A program made the position numbers and the translations under genes. DNA of 64,000 bases. Origin: Candidatus Woesearchaeota archaeon. GTDB lineage: Archaea; Nanobdellota; Nanobdellia; Woesearchaeales; JAHWIC01. The notes under the pieces were generated by a model that was not told where the DNA came from, did no database searches, and saw only the letters and a program-made list of their open reading frames with translations. Shown here one piece after another: positions 19,211 through 28,364 of this stretch; within the stretch, counting starts at the first letter, position 1; each line of letters starts with the position of its first letter. The stretch spans positions 67,347 to 131,346 of the forward strand of contig JAHWIC010000001.1 in the NCBI GenBank assembly GCA_019322805.1, read 5' to 3'.

Positions 19211-20255
19211 TTTTATGCTTTCTTCCCAGATAAATCCTTAGGATACCAACATTCTGTATCCATGTATTAATCATATCTACCAATAATCCTATCAAGAGTA
19301 TTGTCATTATCTGTCTGATTACCTCTGATTGTGTAAAGATTAAAGCAACTATGATTGCACAGATGGTTGTTGAGCTCATCATTAATCCTGTTTTCATTGC
19401 TCCAATAATTCTTTCAAGCACTGTGCCTTCTTTCCTTTTGACAACCTTTGTGCTTAGAAGTATATTTGTATCTACAGAATAACCAATCAACATAAGGAAT
19501 GCTGCTATTCCTGCTGTGCTTAGTTTCATTCCAATGAGGTTTGCAATTGCTAAAGTAACTATAATATCAGAGAATGCTGCTAGGATAACAGCCAAGCTTG
19601 TTATCGGCACTCTAAATGATATAAACACAACAATCCCCATAAACAAGAAAGCTATAAGCACTGCCCTTATTGTTTCCTTAAAGAAGCTTGCTCCTAATGC
19701 TGAGCCCATTACCTCAACGCTGTAACCCTCTTCTCCTAAAGTTACCTTTAGGCTTGTTTCAACTGATGAGACCAGCTTTTCTAAAGAGTCTTTTTCGATA
19801 TCTGCATCAATAACAATTCCAGAATATGCTCCAGCTTGTTTTAAAGCCCTAACTGAGACATCATTTGCTGGAAACTGCGATGATAGATAGATTTCCAGAG
19901 CTGATATGTCAATTTCTTTATCAAAAGGAACTGTAAGTGTTAAGCCGCCTTTAAGCGAGACATCACGGTTAATAAAGTCTCCAGTAGTTGATACCTTGAG
20001 TATAATTGAGAAAATTGCCAGGAGGAGGATCAAAAAAGGAATAATTAACAGTTTCTTATATTGTTTGTCGTAAATCTCTTTAATGCTGAGCCTCTTTTTT
20101 TCTTTGTGTTCGATATGCTTCTCAACCTTGTGTTCTTTGGGTGTTTCAGGCTCTTTTTTCTCTTCAACCTTGGTTTCTTCAGTAGGCTTTTCAGTAGTTT
20201 CCTTAGATTCTTCAGTAGATTTCTCAGTCTGTTCTTCTTTATGTTCTTCTTCCAT
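19197..20255 (-). CDS. secF: Protein-export membrane protein SecF (with a K/E-rich N-terminal extension)
   Basis: 352 aa. It has SecF-like topology and overlaps secD by 14 nt. Confidence 0.7.
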   Translation of the reverse strand: MEEEHKEEQTEKSTEESKETTEKPTEETKVEEKKEPETPKEHKVEKHIEHKEKKRLSIKEIYDKQYKKLLIIPFLILLLAIFSIILKVSTTGDFINRDVSLKGGLTLTVPFDKEIDISALEIYLSSQFPANDVSVRALKQAGAYSGIVIDADIEKDSLEKLVSSVETSLKVTLGEEGYSVEVMGSALGASFFKETIRAVLIAFLFMGIVVFISFRVPITSLAVILAAFSDIIVTLAIANLIGMKLSTAGIAAFLMLIGYSVDTNILLSTKVVKRKEGTVLERIIGAMKTGLMMSSTTICAIIVALIFTQSEVIRQIMTILLIGLLVDMINTWIQNVGILRIYLGRKHKNAQD

Positions 20256-20296
20256 TATTGAGAATAAGTGACTTTGGTTTATTTATTAATCTTATG

Positions 20297-22009
20297 CTAT
20301 TTGGATGCGGCTCTTACAAACCCATAGAATAATGGGGCTGGCTTTCCTAAGGCTGATTTAAACTCAGGATGTGCCTGCGTAGCTATGAAGAATTTTAATT
20401 TAGGCAATTCTATGAATTCCATCAACTTTGTACCATCTTCTCTGATATGCTGGCCAGAGAATACTAATCCCTTCTGTTGGAGCTGGTCAATAAATTTGGG
20501 ATTTACTTCATACCTATGCCTATGTCTTTCAAGTACAATATCATCTCCACTAAGCTTCCCTAACCTAAAACTTTGTGTTTTATCTGCTTTAAGTTGTTCT
20601 ATCTTTTCCTTATCTTCTTTTAATCTTCCAGTTTCCTTATAGAGCTGATAAATCCTAGTGCCTTTTTCCAGCTTTGCAGCATATGCTCCAAGCCTCATAG
20701 TTCCTCCGTAATCGCCTTTTTCCAGTATTTCTTTTTGTGTAGTCAATACATCAATGACTGGATACTGTGTTTTCTTATCATTCTCTGTTGTGTTTGCTCC
20801 TTTCATCTGTGCAATGTTCCTTGCGAATTCAACAACAGCAAGCTGCAGACCATAGCACAATCCTAGGAAAGGAACATTATTCTCTCGAGCATATCTTATA
20901 GCATCAATCTTCCCTTCAACACCACTTGAACCAAAACCACCTGGAATGATAATCCCTTTGTAGGATTTTAGCATCCTAGCAACATTGGAACCTTTCTCTA
21001 ACTTTTTTGCATCTATCCAATCAATTTCAACTCCAACATCTAAGGAGGAACCGGCGTGTATCAAGGATTCATTTATTGATATATAAGAGTCTTTTAGAGT
21101 GAAACTTCCTATATCTACATACTTGCCAACCATTGCAATCTTTGTCTTTTTCTTGGGAGCTATTATCCTTCCAACGAGTTTCTCCCATTCCTTGAAGCTT
21201 GGCTTCTTCTCTAGTTTCATCCTAAACTCAGACAGCATCTTTAATCCAAAATTCTCTTTTTCCAGGTCAAGAGGAATCCTGTATATCGTATCTATGTCCG
21301 GCTCAGATATTACATATTCTGAAGGAATATTCGCGTAAGTCTCAATCTTTTTCTTCCTGACATTATCTATAGGTTCTTTAGACCTGCATATGATAAAATC
21401 AGGAAAGATTCCATTTTCAGAAAGCATCCTTATTGCCTGCTGTGTTGGCTTGGTTTTCATCTCCCCCATATGACCTGGAGTTGGAAGATAAGTAACAAGA
21501 ACATAGATTATATTCTCTTTGCCTATTTCTCTCTCGAGTCTTTTCATGGCAAACAGGAATGCGATGTTTTCAAAATCTCCTATAGTCCCGCCTACTTCAA
21601 CAAGTGCAAAATCAAATCCATGAGAAGCATCTTTTATGCGATGTATAATCTCTTCAGGAATATGAGGTATGAATTGAACAGTCTTGCCAAGAAACTCTCC
21701 CTTTCTTTCTCTATCAATAACTGTCTTGTATATCTGACCAGTTGTTATGTTATTCTTCTTGGGAATATCTATACCTAGAAATCTTTCGTAATTTCCTAAA
21801 TCCTGATCTATTTCGCCACCATCATCAGTAACCCACACTTCACCATGCTCTGTGGGTCTTAATGTTCCTGCATCATAGTTTAAGTAAGGGTCTATTTTAA
21901 TCGCAGTTACTTTATAGCCATATTCCTTGAGAATCTTTCCTATTGAAGCTGTTGTAATGCCCTTTCCAACTCCAGAAATAACGCCGCCTGCTACAACTGT
22001 ATACTTAGT
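20297..22009 (-). CDS. pyrG: CTP synthase
   Basis: N-terminal synthetase motifs (MTKYTVVAGGVISGVGKGITTAS) and a C-terminal GATase domain (GLCYGLQ). Confidence 0.9.
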   Translation of the reverse strand, partial: TKYTVVAGGVISGVGKGITTASIGKILKEYGYKVTAIKIDPYLNYDAGTLRPTEHGEVWVTDDGGEIDQDLGNYERFLGIDIPKKNNITTGQIYKTVIDRERKGEFLGKTVQFIPHIPEEIIHRIKDASHGFDFALVEVGGTIGDFENIAFLFAMKRLEREIGKENIIYVLVTYLPTPGHMGEMKTKPTQQAIRMLSENGIFPDFIICRSKEPIDNVRKKKIETYANIPSEYVISEPDIDTIYRIPLDLEKENFGLKMLSEFRMKLEKKPSFKEWEKLVGRIIAPKKKTKIAMVGKYVDIGSFTLKDSYISINESLIHAGSSLDVGVEIDWIDAKKLEKGSNVARMLKSYKGIIIPGGFGSSGVEGKIDAIRYARENNVPFLGLCYGLQLAVVEFARNIAQMKGANTTENDKKTQYPVIDVLTTQKEILEKGDYGGTMRLGAYAAKLEKGTRIYQLYKETGRLKEDKEKIEQLKADKTQSFRLGKLSGDDIVLERHRHRYEVNPKFIDQLQQKGLVFSGQHIREDGTKLMEFIELPKLKFFIATQAHPEFKSALGKPAPLFYGFVRAASK

Positions 22010-22180
22010 CATAGCCACCAACCCCTAAAACAATTGTAGAATTAATGATCTGCAAACTTTCTGTTAGCTGCATTATACAAGTAGTTGACTTTTCATATAT
22101 AAAACTTTCTACAACGGGGGTTGTTGATTCTACACAACATTTAAATATTCGTTCTAGGATTTGTTCTGTAGGGGTTACCA

Positions 22181-23695
22181 ATGAAAAAAGGCTTTAGCAC
22201 AGAAAAATATCTGAAAATCCAGACAAAAGAGATAAAGGACAGAGTCGCTAAATTTGGGGAAAAGCTGTATCTTGAATTTGGGGGCAAGCTTTGCCATGAT
22301 TTTCATGCTGTAAGGGTCTTACCTGGTTATGAACCAGATACTAAGATAGAGGTTCTCAAGGCTTTAGGTGAGCAGATAGAAATTATCTATTGTATCAGCG
22401 CCAAGGATATCCAAAAAGGCAGGATACGCCATGACTTTGGACTGCCTTATGATAAACAGGTTATGAAGGATTTAAAAGATCTAAAAGAAAGGGGCCTTAG
22501 TATTTCTATTATTAACATAGCTTTGTTTAGCGGAGAAGAATCAGCTTTGCGTTTTAAGAGAAAGATGAAGAACTTTGGGTATAAGGTTTATACTCAACCT
22601 GTTATAGAAGGCTATCCTCATGACATTAAGAAAGTAGTTAGTGATAAAGGCTGCGGAAGCCAGACTTATATCCCTACATCTAAACCAATAGTAATAATAA
22701 CCGGCGCAGGTGGCGGCTCTGGCAAGATGGCTTTGTGCTTATCGCAGATGTATCATGACACAAAAAAAGGTGTTAATCCAGGTTATGCAAAATTCGAAAC
22801 ATTCCCCATCTGGAACTTGGATATAGACCACCCAATTAATGTTGCTTATGAAGCTGCAACTGCTGACTTAGGAGATATTAACATAGTTGACCCATTCCAC
22901 TTAAAACATTATAAGAAGACGGCTATAAATTACAACAGGGATATAGAAAATTTCGATATTATGAAACGCATAATGAATAAGATTGTTTCAAAAGATAATT
23001 ATGTCCGAAACTATAAATCTCCGACTGATATGGGGGTTAATATGGCTGGGTTTGCTATTACAGATGATAAGGTCTGCAGGGAAGCAGCAAAGCAAGAAAT
23101 CATAAGGAGATACTTTCGTTATAAGAAAGAATTACTGCTTGGAATAGAAAAACCTGAAACAGTTGAGAGAATAGAAATCCTGATGGAGAAACTAAAATTA
23201 AAGCCTGAGGATAGAAAGGTTGTAACTGCTGCTAGAAAGGCTGAAAAAGAAGCTAAAAAAACAGGCAAAGGAAATAAAGGCGTATATTGCGGAGCTGCAA
23301 TACAATTGCCGGATGGCAGAATAGTAACTGGCAAAAATTCTCCATTACTGCATGCTGAGTCAGCAGCAGTTATTAATGCTGTAAAAACACTGGCTAATGT
23401 AAAGGATAAAGCTGATCTTATCCCTTCAGAAATCCTGAAAAATATTAATATACTTAAGAAGGACGTGCTTAAGGGGGCTTCAGAAAGCTTGAATTTAGAT
23501 GAAACTCTGATAGCTTTAGCAATCAGTGCAAAATACAACAAAAACACAGAAAAATGCATCAAAATGTTAGGCAAACTCAATAATTGCGATATTCATGTTA
23601 CTTATCTGCCAAGCGAAGGAGATGATGTGGGTTTAATAAAGCTCAGGATGAATGTGACTACAGATGCGAAGCTGACTTTTAGGAATAATTCCTAG
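22181..23695 (+). CDS. UPF0371/DUF1846 family protein
   Basis: 504 aa. The family-typical N-terminus LYLEFGGKL...HAVRVLPGYEP is present. Confidence 0.7.
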   Translation: MKKGFSTEKYLKIQTKEIKDRVAKFGEKLYLEFGGKLCHDFHAVRVLPGYEPDTKIEVLKALGEQIEIIYCISAKDIQKGRIRHDFGLPYDKQVMKDLKDLKERGLSISIINIALFSGEESALRFKRKMKNFGYKVYTQPVIEGYPHDIKKVVSDKGCGSQTYIPTSKPIVIITGAGGGSGKMALCLSQMYHDTKKGVNPGYAKFETFPIWNLDIDHPINVAYEAATADLGDINIVDPFHLKHYKKTAINYNRDIENFDIMKRIMNKIVSKDNYVRNYKSPTDMGVNMAGFAITDDKVCREAAKQEIIRRYFRYKKELLLGIEKPETVERIEILMEKLKLKPEDRKVVTAARKAEKEAKKTGKGNKGVYCGAAIQLPDGRIVTGKNSPLLHAESAAVINAVKTLANVKDKADLIPSEILKNINILKKDVLKGASESLNLDETLIALAISAKYNKNTEKCIKMLGKLNNCDIHVTYLPSEGDDVGLIKLRMNVTTDAKLTFRNNS

Positions 23696-23699
23696 ATTT

Positions 23700-24266
23700 C
23701 TAGATAAACGCTCTGAACAATCCCTGGAAAAAGTGGAAACCGTCAAAGCCAGGTATTGGAAGCATATTGAAGACTGCTAAGAACAAGTTTAGTTTTCCCA
23801 TCGGAACTAATATGTTATGGTATTTTTTGAGAACATTATTCTTAACTGCTAATCTTATTAAGCCCCAAATCATGAAATTTGTTAATGGTCCTGCTAATGC
23901 AATCCAGGCTGAGGGTAATGCGGGCAATGGTGTATGAGCAACATAGCCACCAACAAAAAAAATCAAGGGGAAATTCATAGCTCTAAGAGCTATTACAATT
24001 GCATACATCAAGTAAGGCGCCTTAAGAACTGCAATTGCGCCATAAGACATTGCAACAAACTTATGCGCTAATTCGTGCAGAATAACAGCTGGTGCAGCAA
24101 TCATAGCAGCAAATTTAATATTTTCCCAGCCAAGGGATTTGCTAAAGTATTTTATTGGGTCATAGCCCTCGTGGGGTGTCCTCTTGAAAAATCCAGAGAA
24201 GATATAGCCTATGGCAAAGGTCATTATTATAATGTCTATGATTTCCATCGGTGTTATGAATGCCAT
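23700..24266 (-). CDS. Small site-2-protease-like (peptidase M50 family) membrane metalloprotease
   Basis: 188 aa. The HELAHK (HExxH) motif and the second motif NMLPIPGFDG lie within TM helices. Confidence 0.7.
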   Translation of the reverse strand: MAFITPMEIIDIIIMTFAIGYIFSGFFKRTPHEGYDPIKYFSKSLGWENIKFAAMIAAPAVILHELAHKFVAMSYGAIAVLKAPYLMYAIVIALRAMNFPLIFFVGGYVAHTPLPALPSAWIALAGPLTNFMIWGLIRLAVKNNVLKKYHNILVPMGKLNLFLAVFNMLPIPGFDGFHFFQGLFRAFI

Positions 24267-24326
24267 ACAGATATAAACAAAAACTTTATATTTAAGCTTT
24301 ACTAACTATGGTTTAGGGGTGGAACT

Positions 24327-24476
24327 ATGATTGGAATGACTGAAATCCTGGTTATATTGGCAATAGTGCTTATATTATTCGGACCTAAGAAATTACCAGA
24401 GCTAGCAAGGTCTATAGGAAAAGCTGTTAGGGAATACAAGAAAGGCCTAAGCTCTGATAAGAAGCCTAGAGGCTAA
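24327..24476 (+). CDS. tatA: Sec-independent translocase component TatA/E (49 aa), not in the ORF track
   Basis: MIGMTEILVILAIVLILFGPKKLPELARSIGKAV matches the TatA TM helix plus amphipathic helix. It sits directly upstream of tatC. Confidence 0.7.
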   Translation: MIGMTEILVILAIVLILFGPKKLPELARSIGKAVREYKKGLSSDKKPRG

Positions 24477-24504
24477 TTTTCTTCTGTAGAAAGGGGCGTA
24501 AGTA

Positions 24505-25203
24505 TTGAAAATGAAAGATGGGCCCATAATCGAGCATTTGGATGAATTAAGAAGCAGGTTAATTCCAGTTATCATTATTATTCTGGTATTCTTTGTTTTA
24601 GGAACCCTTGTTTCTGGAAAGGTCATTGATTTTGTAAATGACGATCTGATGAATGAGCACGTCAAATTGATCTCAATAACCCCTTTGGAGTTTATGTTGA
24701 CAAAAATAAAAGTAGGGCTTTTGGTTTCTGTGATCATCAGCAGCCCAGTGATTGTCTACCAGGCACTGACATTTGCAAAACCTGCCTTAAAAAAAAGGGA
24801 AAGATCTATGATGAGGTTTGTTCTTCCTTCATTTGTGCTGTTGTTCTTGATAGGCATTGCCTTTGCTTATTTTATCTTTTTACCAGTTGCAATATTCTTT
24901 CTAACCAGATTTTCTGAAGGTTTAATCTATAATCTATGGAGCATTAACCGGTTCTATTCATTTATCTTTGTAACCTGTTTAAGCGCTGGCCTGATTTTTC
25001 AGCTGCCTTTACTGATGTTGGTTTTGAAGAAATTGAATATTATTGATATTGAATTCTTAAAAACAAAAAGAAGCCATGTTTATGTTTCAATTTTTGTTTT
25101 GGCTGCGCTGCTTACTCCGCCGGATGTCGTTACTCAGGTTTTGATTGGACTGCCCTTGATTTTGTTGTATGAATTAAGTTTGGCTGTTATGAAGTTATTT
25201 TGA
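24505..25203 (+). CDS. tatC: Sec-independent translocase TatC
   Basis: 232 aa. The TatC-like N-terminus (IEHLDELRSRL) and six TM helices are present. Confidence 0.8.
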   Translation: MKMKDGPIIEHLDELRSRLIPVIIIILVFFVLGTLVSGKVIDFVNDDLMNEHVKLISITPLEFMLTKIKVGLLVSVIISSPVIVYQALTFAKPALKKRERSMMRFVLPSFVLLFLIGIAFAYFIFLPVAIFFLTRFSEGLIYNLWSINRFYSFIFVTCLSAGLIFQLPLLMLVLKKLNIIDIEFLKTKRSHVYVSIFVLAALLTPPDVVTQVLIGLPLILLYELSLAVMKLF

Positions 25204-25716
25204 ACCTTCAAAAGGAAACCTCGCCATCCTCAATCTGGCAGGTTCAGGAAGCCAGTCATGGGTTGTTACATTTACAGTTCGTAGAAATTCTAAAAGTTCT
25301 GTAAGTTGTTCTCGAGTTATGGTTCCGCTGTAGAAATGATAATTTTCTGAGTATGATCTGCTATCTGACCGTTTACTATATCTCTTAGAGAGTTCTGAAT
25401 CAATAACAGGAAAAGGAACATCAGCAAGCTCATCTTTAGGAAGCACATGACGATCCCCACGATTTAGGAGAGCATCAGAGGTTATTTTCTCAAGGTCACC
25501 AGATAGTCTTTGTGTTGCAGCAAACTCTTCTGAGCCGCGTTTTGTGTATGGTAACTTCCTACCAATATATAGAATAGCATTAATCCTACATGGAGTACCT
25601 TCATCTCCTGATATTTCATAATATAGCCTCATTTTGTCTCCAATTTCTCTAGAATTCACCCCTTTTGCAGATAGAAACCGAAATTTGTTTATAAAATTAT
25701 TCTTCCTCAAAAACAA
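25195..25716 (-). CDS. Hypothetical protein (173 aa), last gene of the AmmeMemoRadiSam-containing operon
   Basis: The ORF overlaps the upstream Memo-AMMECR1 gene by 20 nt. No family recognised. Its GC content appears slightly higher than neighbouring genes. Confidence 0.45.
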   Translation of the reverse strand: MFLRKNNFINKFRFLSAKGVNSREIGDKMRLYYEISGDEGTPCRINAILYIGRKLPYTKRGSEEFAATQRLSGDLEKITSDALLNRGDRHVLPKDELADVPFPVIDSELSKRYSKRSDSRSYSENYHFYSGTITREQLTELLEFLRTVNVTTHDWLPEPARLRMARFPFEGSK

Positions 25717-27175
25717 AAGCCTGGTAAGTGGAAACCTCTGTAGAAGTGTCCTGCCAGCAGTCTAAAGCCATTCCTCCTTTTCTGCACAGGCTTGATAAGA
25801 ACTGTTCTTTTTCAGGCAGCTGCTCCCATACCTGAGGCAGGTAAGTTGACTGGCGCCAGCCCTGTTTTAGAACAACACCATCCACCATGGGCCTTAATTT
25901 ATTTTTTAGGTCCTCGCCTGAGGAAAACCCTAATCTCTCTGGAACTGATAATACAGATATTTCTATGACAATATCCTCAAGTTCATCATAGGTTACTGGA
26001 TGAAACCTGCGGTCATTAACAGCTGCATTAACAGCATTATCCATAACACATTTGTACAACTCTTCCTGTGGGAGAATATGTCCGATGCATCCTCTGAGTT
26101 GATGATACTTGTTTAAGGTTGTAAAACAGCCCTGCACTTTCTTTAAAGCTGGAGTTAATTGAGTTTCATCAACCTTTGGCTTTTTTCCTTCTGTAAGGTA
26201 TTTTTCAAGTGTATCTCTTGCTAAAGTCAAAAGGATCTCTTGCTCATGTTTAGTTAACGGCTCTTTTTCTTCACCATAAAAAACAATTGCACTGTATCCT
26301 ACAACCCTTGATTTGTCTCCTGCAGTATCTCCGCTGTTTTTATAATCAATTATCTTTGCCTGCCAGTTTTTTTGCTTTGCAATATCCATCAGAATTAAGA
26401 TAGCATACAAGCTGCAAGCTTCGCAGTTTGTTGCTTCCCAAAAATCTAAGGCTTCAATACTGTTTATGCATGTTGTATCAAGGCTAACTGCTTCATCATA
26501 AGTATGATAATGCGAGAGGTCAGAGCTGATTACAATTAATGTATCATCGTCAACATATTCTGAAAGAATATCTGCTGCTTGCTGTATTTGGTCAAGGCTC
26601 AAGCCGCCAGTTACTAAAGGAATTATCTCAAAATCTGTTAGTTTTCTTTGCAGGAATGGGAGCTCTATCTCCAGTATATGCGCTGTATGTGCTTCAGGAA
26701 CATTAACAAACAAGCTGTTTTTTAGCAATTCCTTCGCTATCGAAGATACCTTAACCTCCCCTAAAGGGGTCTTATAATGAGTAAATTTTGGGACAGAAAT
26801 TCCCTGCACATTTACACCACTTACATGGTTTGTTCCTATCAGGATTACTCTCTTGTAATCTTTCTCCAGCCGGTTAAAACCCTGAGCTGCAACCTGTCCA
26901 GAATAGATATACCCTGCGTGAGGAACAATCAAAGCCTTAATTGAACCATCAATCTCAACCTCTCTAGCATTAGCAAGGTAATCATCAACGGTTTTTGTTA
27001 GTGTTAGTTTGTTTCCTGGGTACCAGGTTCCTGCAACCAATGGCTCGCGAACTATTTTTTCTTCAATTTCTTCCTGGTAGCTTGTTTTTTGTATTAATAC
27101 GAATAGGAAAATGATTAAGAAAAAAACAAATACTATCATATGCTCTTTTCTTATTTTTTCTTTTATTTTTTTCAT
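25697..27175 (-). CDS. Fused Memo-like (AmmeMemoRadiSam system protein B) + AMMECR1 (protein A) with an N-terminal signal anchor
   Basis: 492 aa. The N-terminal TM is MIVFVFFLIIFLFVLI. The Memo core is GTWYPG...VPHAGYIYSG. The C-terminal AMMECR1 motif is LRGCIGHILP. Confidence 0.75.
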   Translation of the reverse strand: MKKIKEKIRKEHMIVFVFFLIIFLFVLIQKTSYQEEIEEKIVREPLVAGTWYPGNKLTLTKTVDDYLANAREVEIDGSIKALIVPHAGYIYSGQVAAQGFNRLEKDYKRVILIGTNHVSGVNVQGISVPKFTHYKTPLGEVKVSSIAKELLKNSLFVNVPEAHTAHILEIELPFLQRKLTDFEIIPLVTGGLSLDQIQQAADILSEYVDDDTLIVISSDLSHYHTYDEAVSLDTTCINSIEALDFWEATNCEACSLYAILILMDIAKQKNWQAKIIDYKNSGDTAGDKSRVVGYSAIVFYGEEKEPLTKHEQEILLTLARDTLEKYLTEGKKPKVDETQLTPALKKVQGCFTTLNKYHQLRGCIGHILPQEELYKCVMDNAVNAAVNDRRFHPVTYDELEDIVIEISVLSVPERLGFSSGEDLKNKLRPMVDGVVLKQGWRQSTYLPQVWEQLPEKEQFLSSLCRKGGMALDCWQDTSTEVSTYQAFVFEEE

Positions 27176-27176
27176 T

Positions 27177-28364
27177 TTAAGTAAAAACCCCGGCTATTGG
27201 TTCATTGCAAAATTTGCATTTCCCATCAACAATATTGTTCTGTATTATGGTATAGCCTTTTCTTTCTATTAATACTTTACTACAGGATGGGCAGTAGGTG
27301 TTTGTTGCTTCATGTCCAGGAACATTTCCTATATATACAAACTTTATTCCTGTTTCCAAAGCAATATTCCTTGCTTGTTCCAGGGTTTTTACTGGAGTGT
27401 AAGGCAGATGGGTAAGCTTGTAATGCGGAACGAAGCGCGAGAAATGTAGAGGATAATCTTTGCCGAGGTTCTTTACAATCCATTCGCACATCTCTTTTAT
27501 CATATCCATATCGTCATTTATTGTTGGTATTACAAGGTTTGTTATTTCAAACCAGGTATTTTCATCCTTTAATGTCTTTAATGTGTTAAGTACTGTTTGT
27601 AAGTCACCAGAGCATATTTCGCTGTAAAGCTCCTCAGTAAAGTGCTTTAGGTCAACATTTGCTGCATCTAAGTGCTGGGCAAGATCCCTTAATGGTTTTT
27701 CATTCATATACCCCTGGGTTACCCATACATTTCTCAAGCCGTGTTTATGTGCGAGCTTTGCAGTATCATACATATATTCATAAAAGGCAATAGGCCCTGA
27801 ATAAGTATAAGCAATTGATTTTGTGTTATAGCGAATAGCTTCGCTTACAACCTGGTCAGGAAATAAATCATAATTATTTGTGTCCTCTGGTCTTTGCTGG
27901 CTTATAGTCCAGTTCTGGCAGTTTAGACATCTAAAGTTGCAGCCAGCAGTTGCTATTGAAAATATGCTTGTTGCTGGCAGGAAATGGTATAATGGCTTTT
28001 TCTCGATTGGGTCTATATGAACAGCACAGGGATTTCCATAAGACAAAGCATAAAGCTTTCCATTATGGTTTATTCTTGTCCTACAAAAGCTGCGCTGACC
28101 CGGAGCTAATAGGCATTTATTAGGGCAGAGCAGACACTGGACACTTTCGCCTTTCTTTGTATAATAAAAGCTTTCCTTAGACCATTTCCATAATTCTGTT
28201 GGAGCATCCTGTGAGACAACGCCTTTTGCTTTTTGCAGAAAGTATTTGTTTAAGAAATAGCCTCCTAAGCTTAGACCAGCTAAGCCTGTTAAACCATATT
28301 TGATAAAATCACGTCTATTAATTTTTTTGTTTAGAAAAGTTATTTCTTTCTCTTTTTTCTTCAT
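27177..28364 (-). CDS. AmmeMemoRadiSam system radical SAM enzyme with a twin-arginine-like N-terminus
   Basis: 395 aa. The N-terminus NRRDFIKYGLTGLAGLSLGG is followed by the Cys cluster CLLCPNKC. The radical SAM CNFRCLNC (CxxxCxxC) motif and a C-terminal Cys4 cluster are present. Confidence 0.8.
   Translation of the reverse strand: MKKKEKEITFLNKKINRRDFIKYGLTGLAGLSLGGYFLNKYFLQKAKGVVSQDAPTELWKWSKESFYYTKKGESVQCLLCPNKCLLAPGQRSFCRTRINHNGKLYALSYGNPCAVHIDPIEKKPLYHFLPATSIFSIATAGCNFRCLNCQNWTISQQRPEDTNNYDLFPDQVVSEAIRYNTKSIAYTYSGPIAFYEYMYDTAKLAHKHGLRNVWVTQGYMNEKPLRDLAQHLDAANVDLKHFTEELYSEICSGDLQTVLNTLKTLKDENTWFEITNLVIPTINDDMDMIKEMCEWIVKNLGKDYPLHFSRFVPHYKLTHLPYTPVKTLEQARNIALETGIKFVYIGNVPGHEATNTYCPSCSKVLIERKGYTIIQNNIVDGKCKFCNEPIAGVFT

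Noticed and set aside
20061-20271. Short plus-strand ORFs over the secF 5' region
   Set aside because: They mirror the K/E-rich low-complexity N-terminal extension of SecF on the other strand. Spurious.
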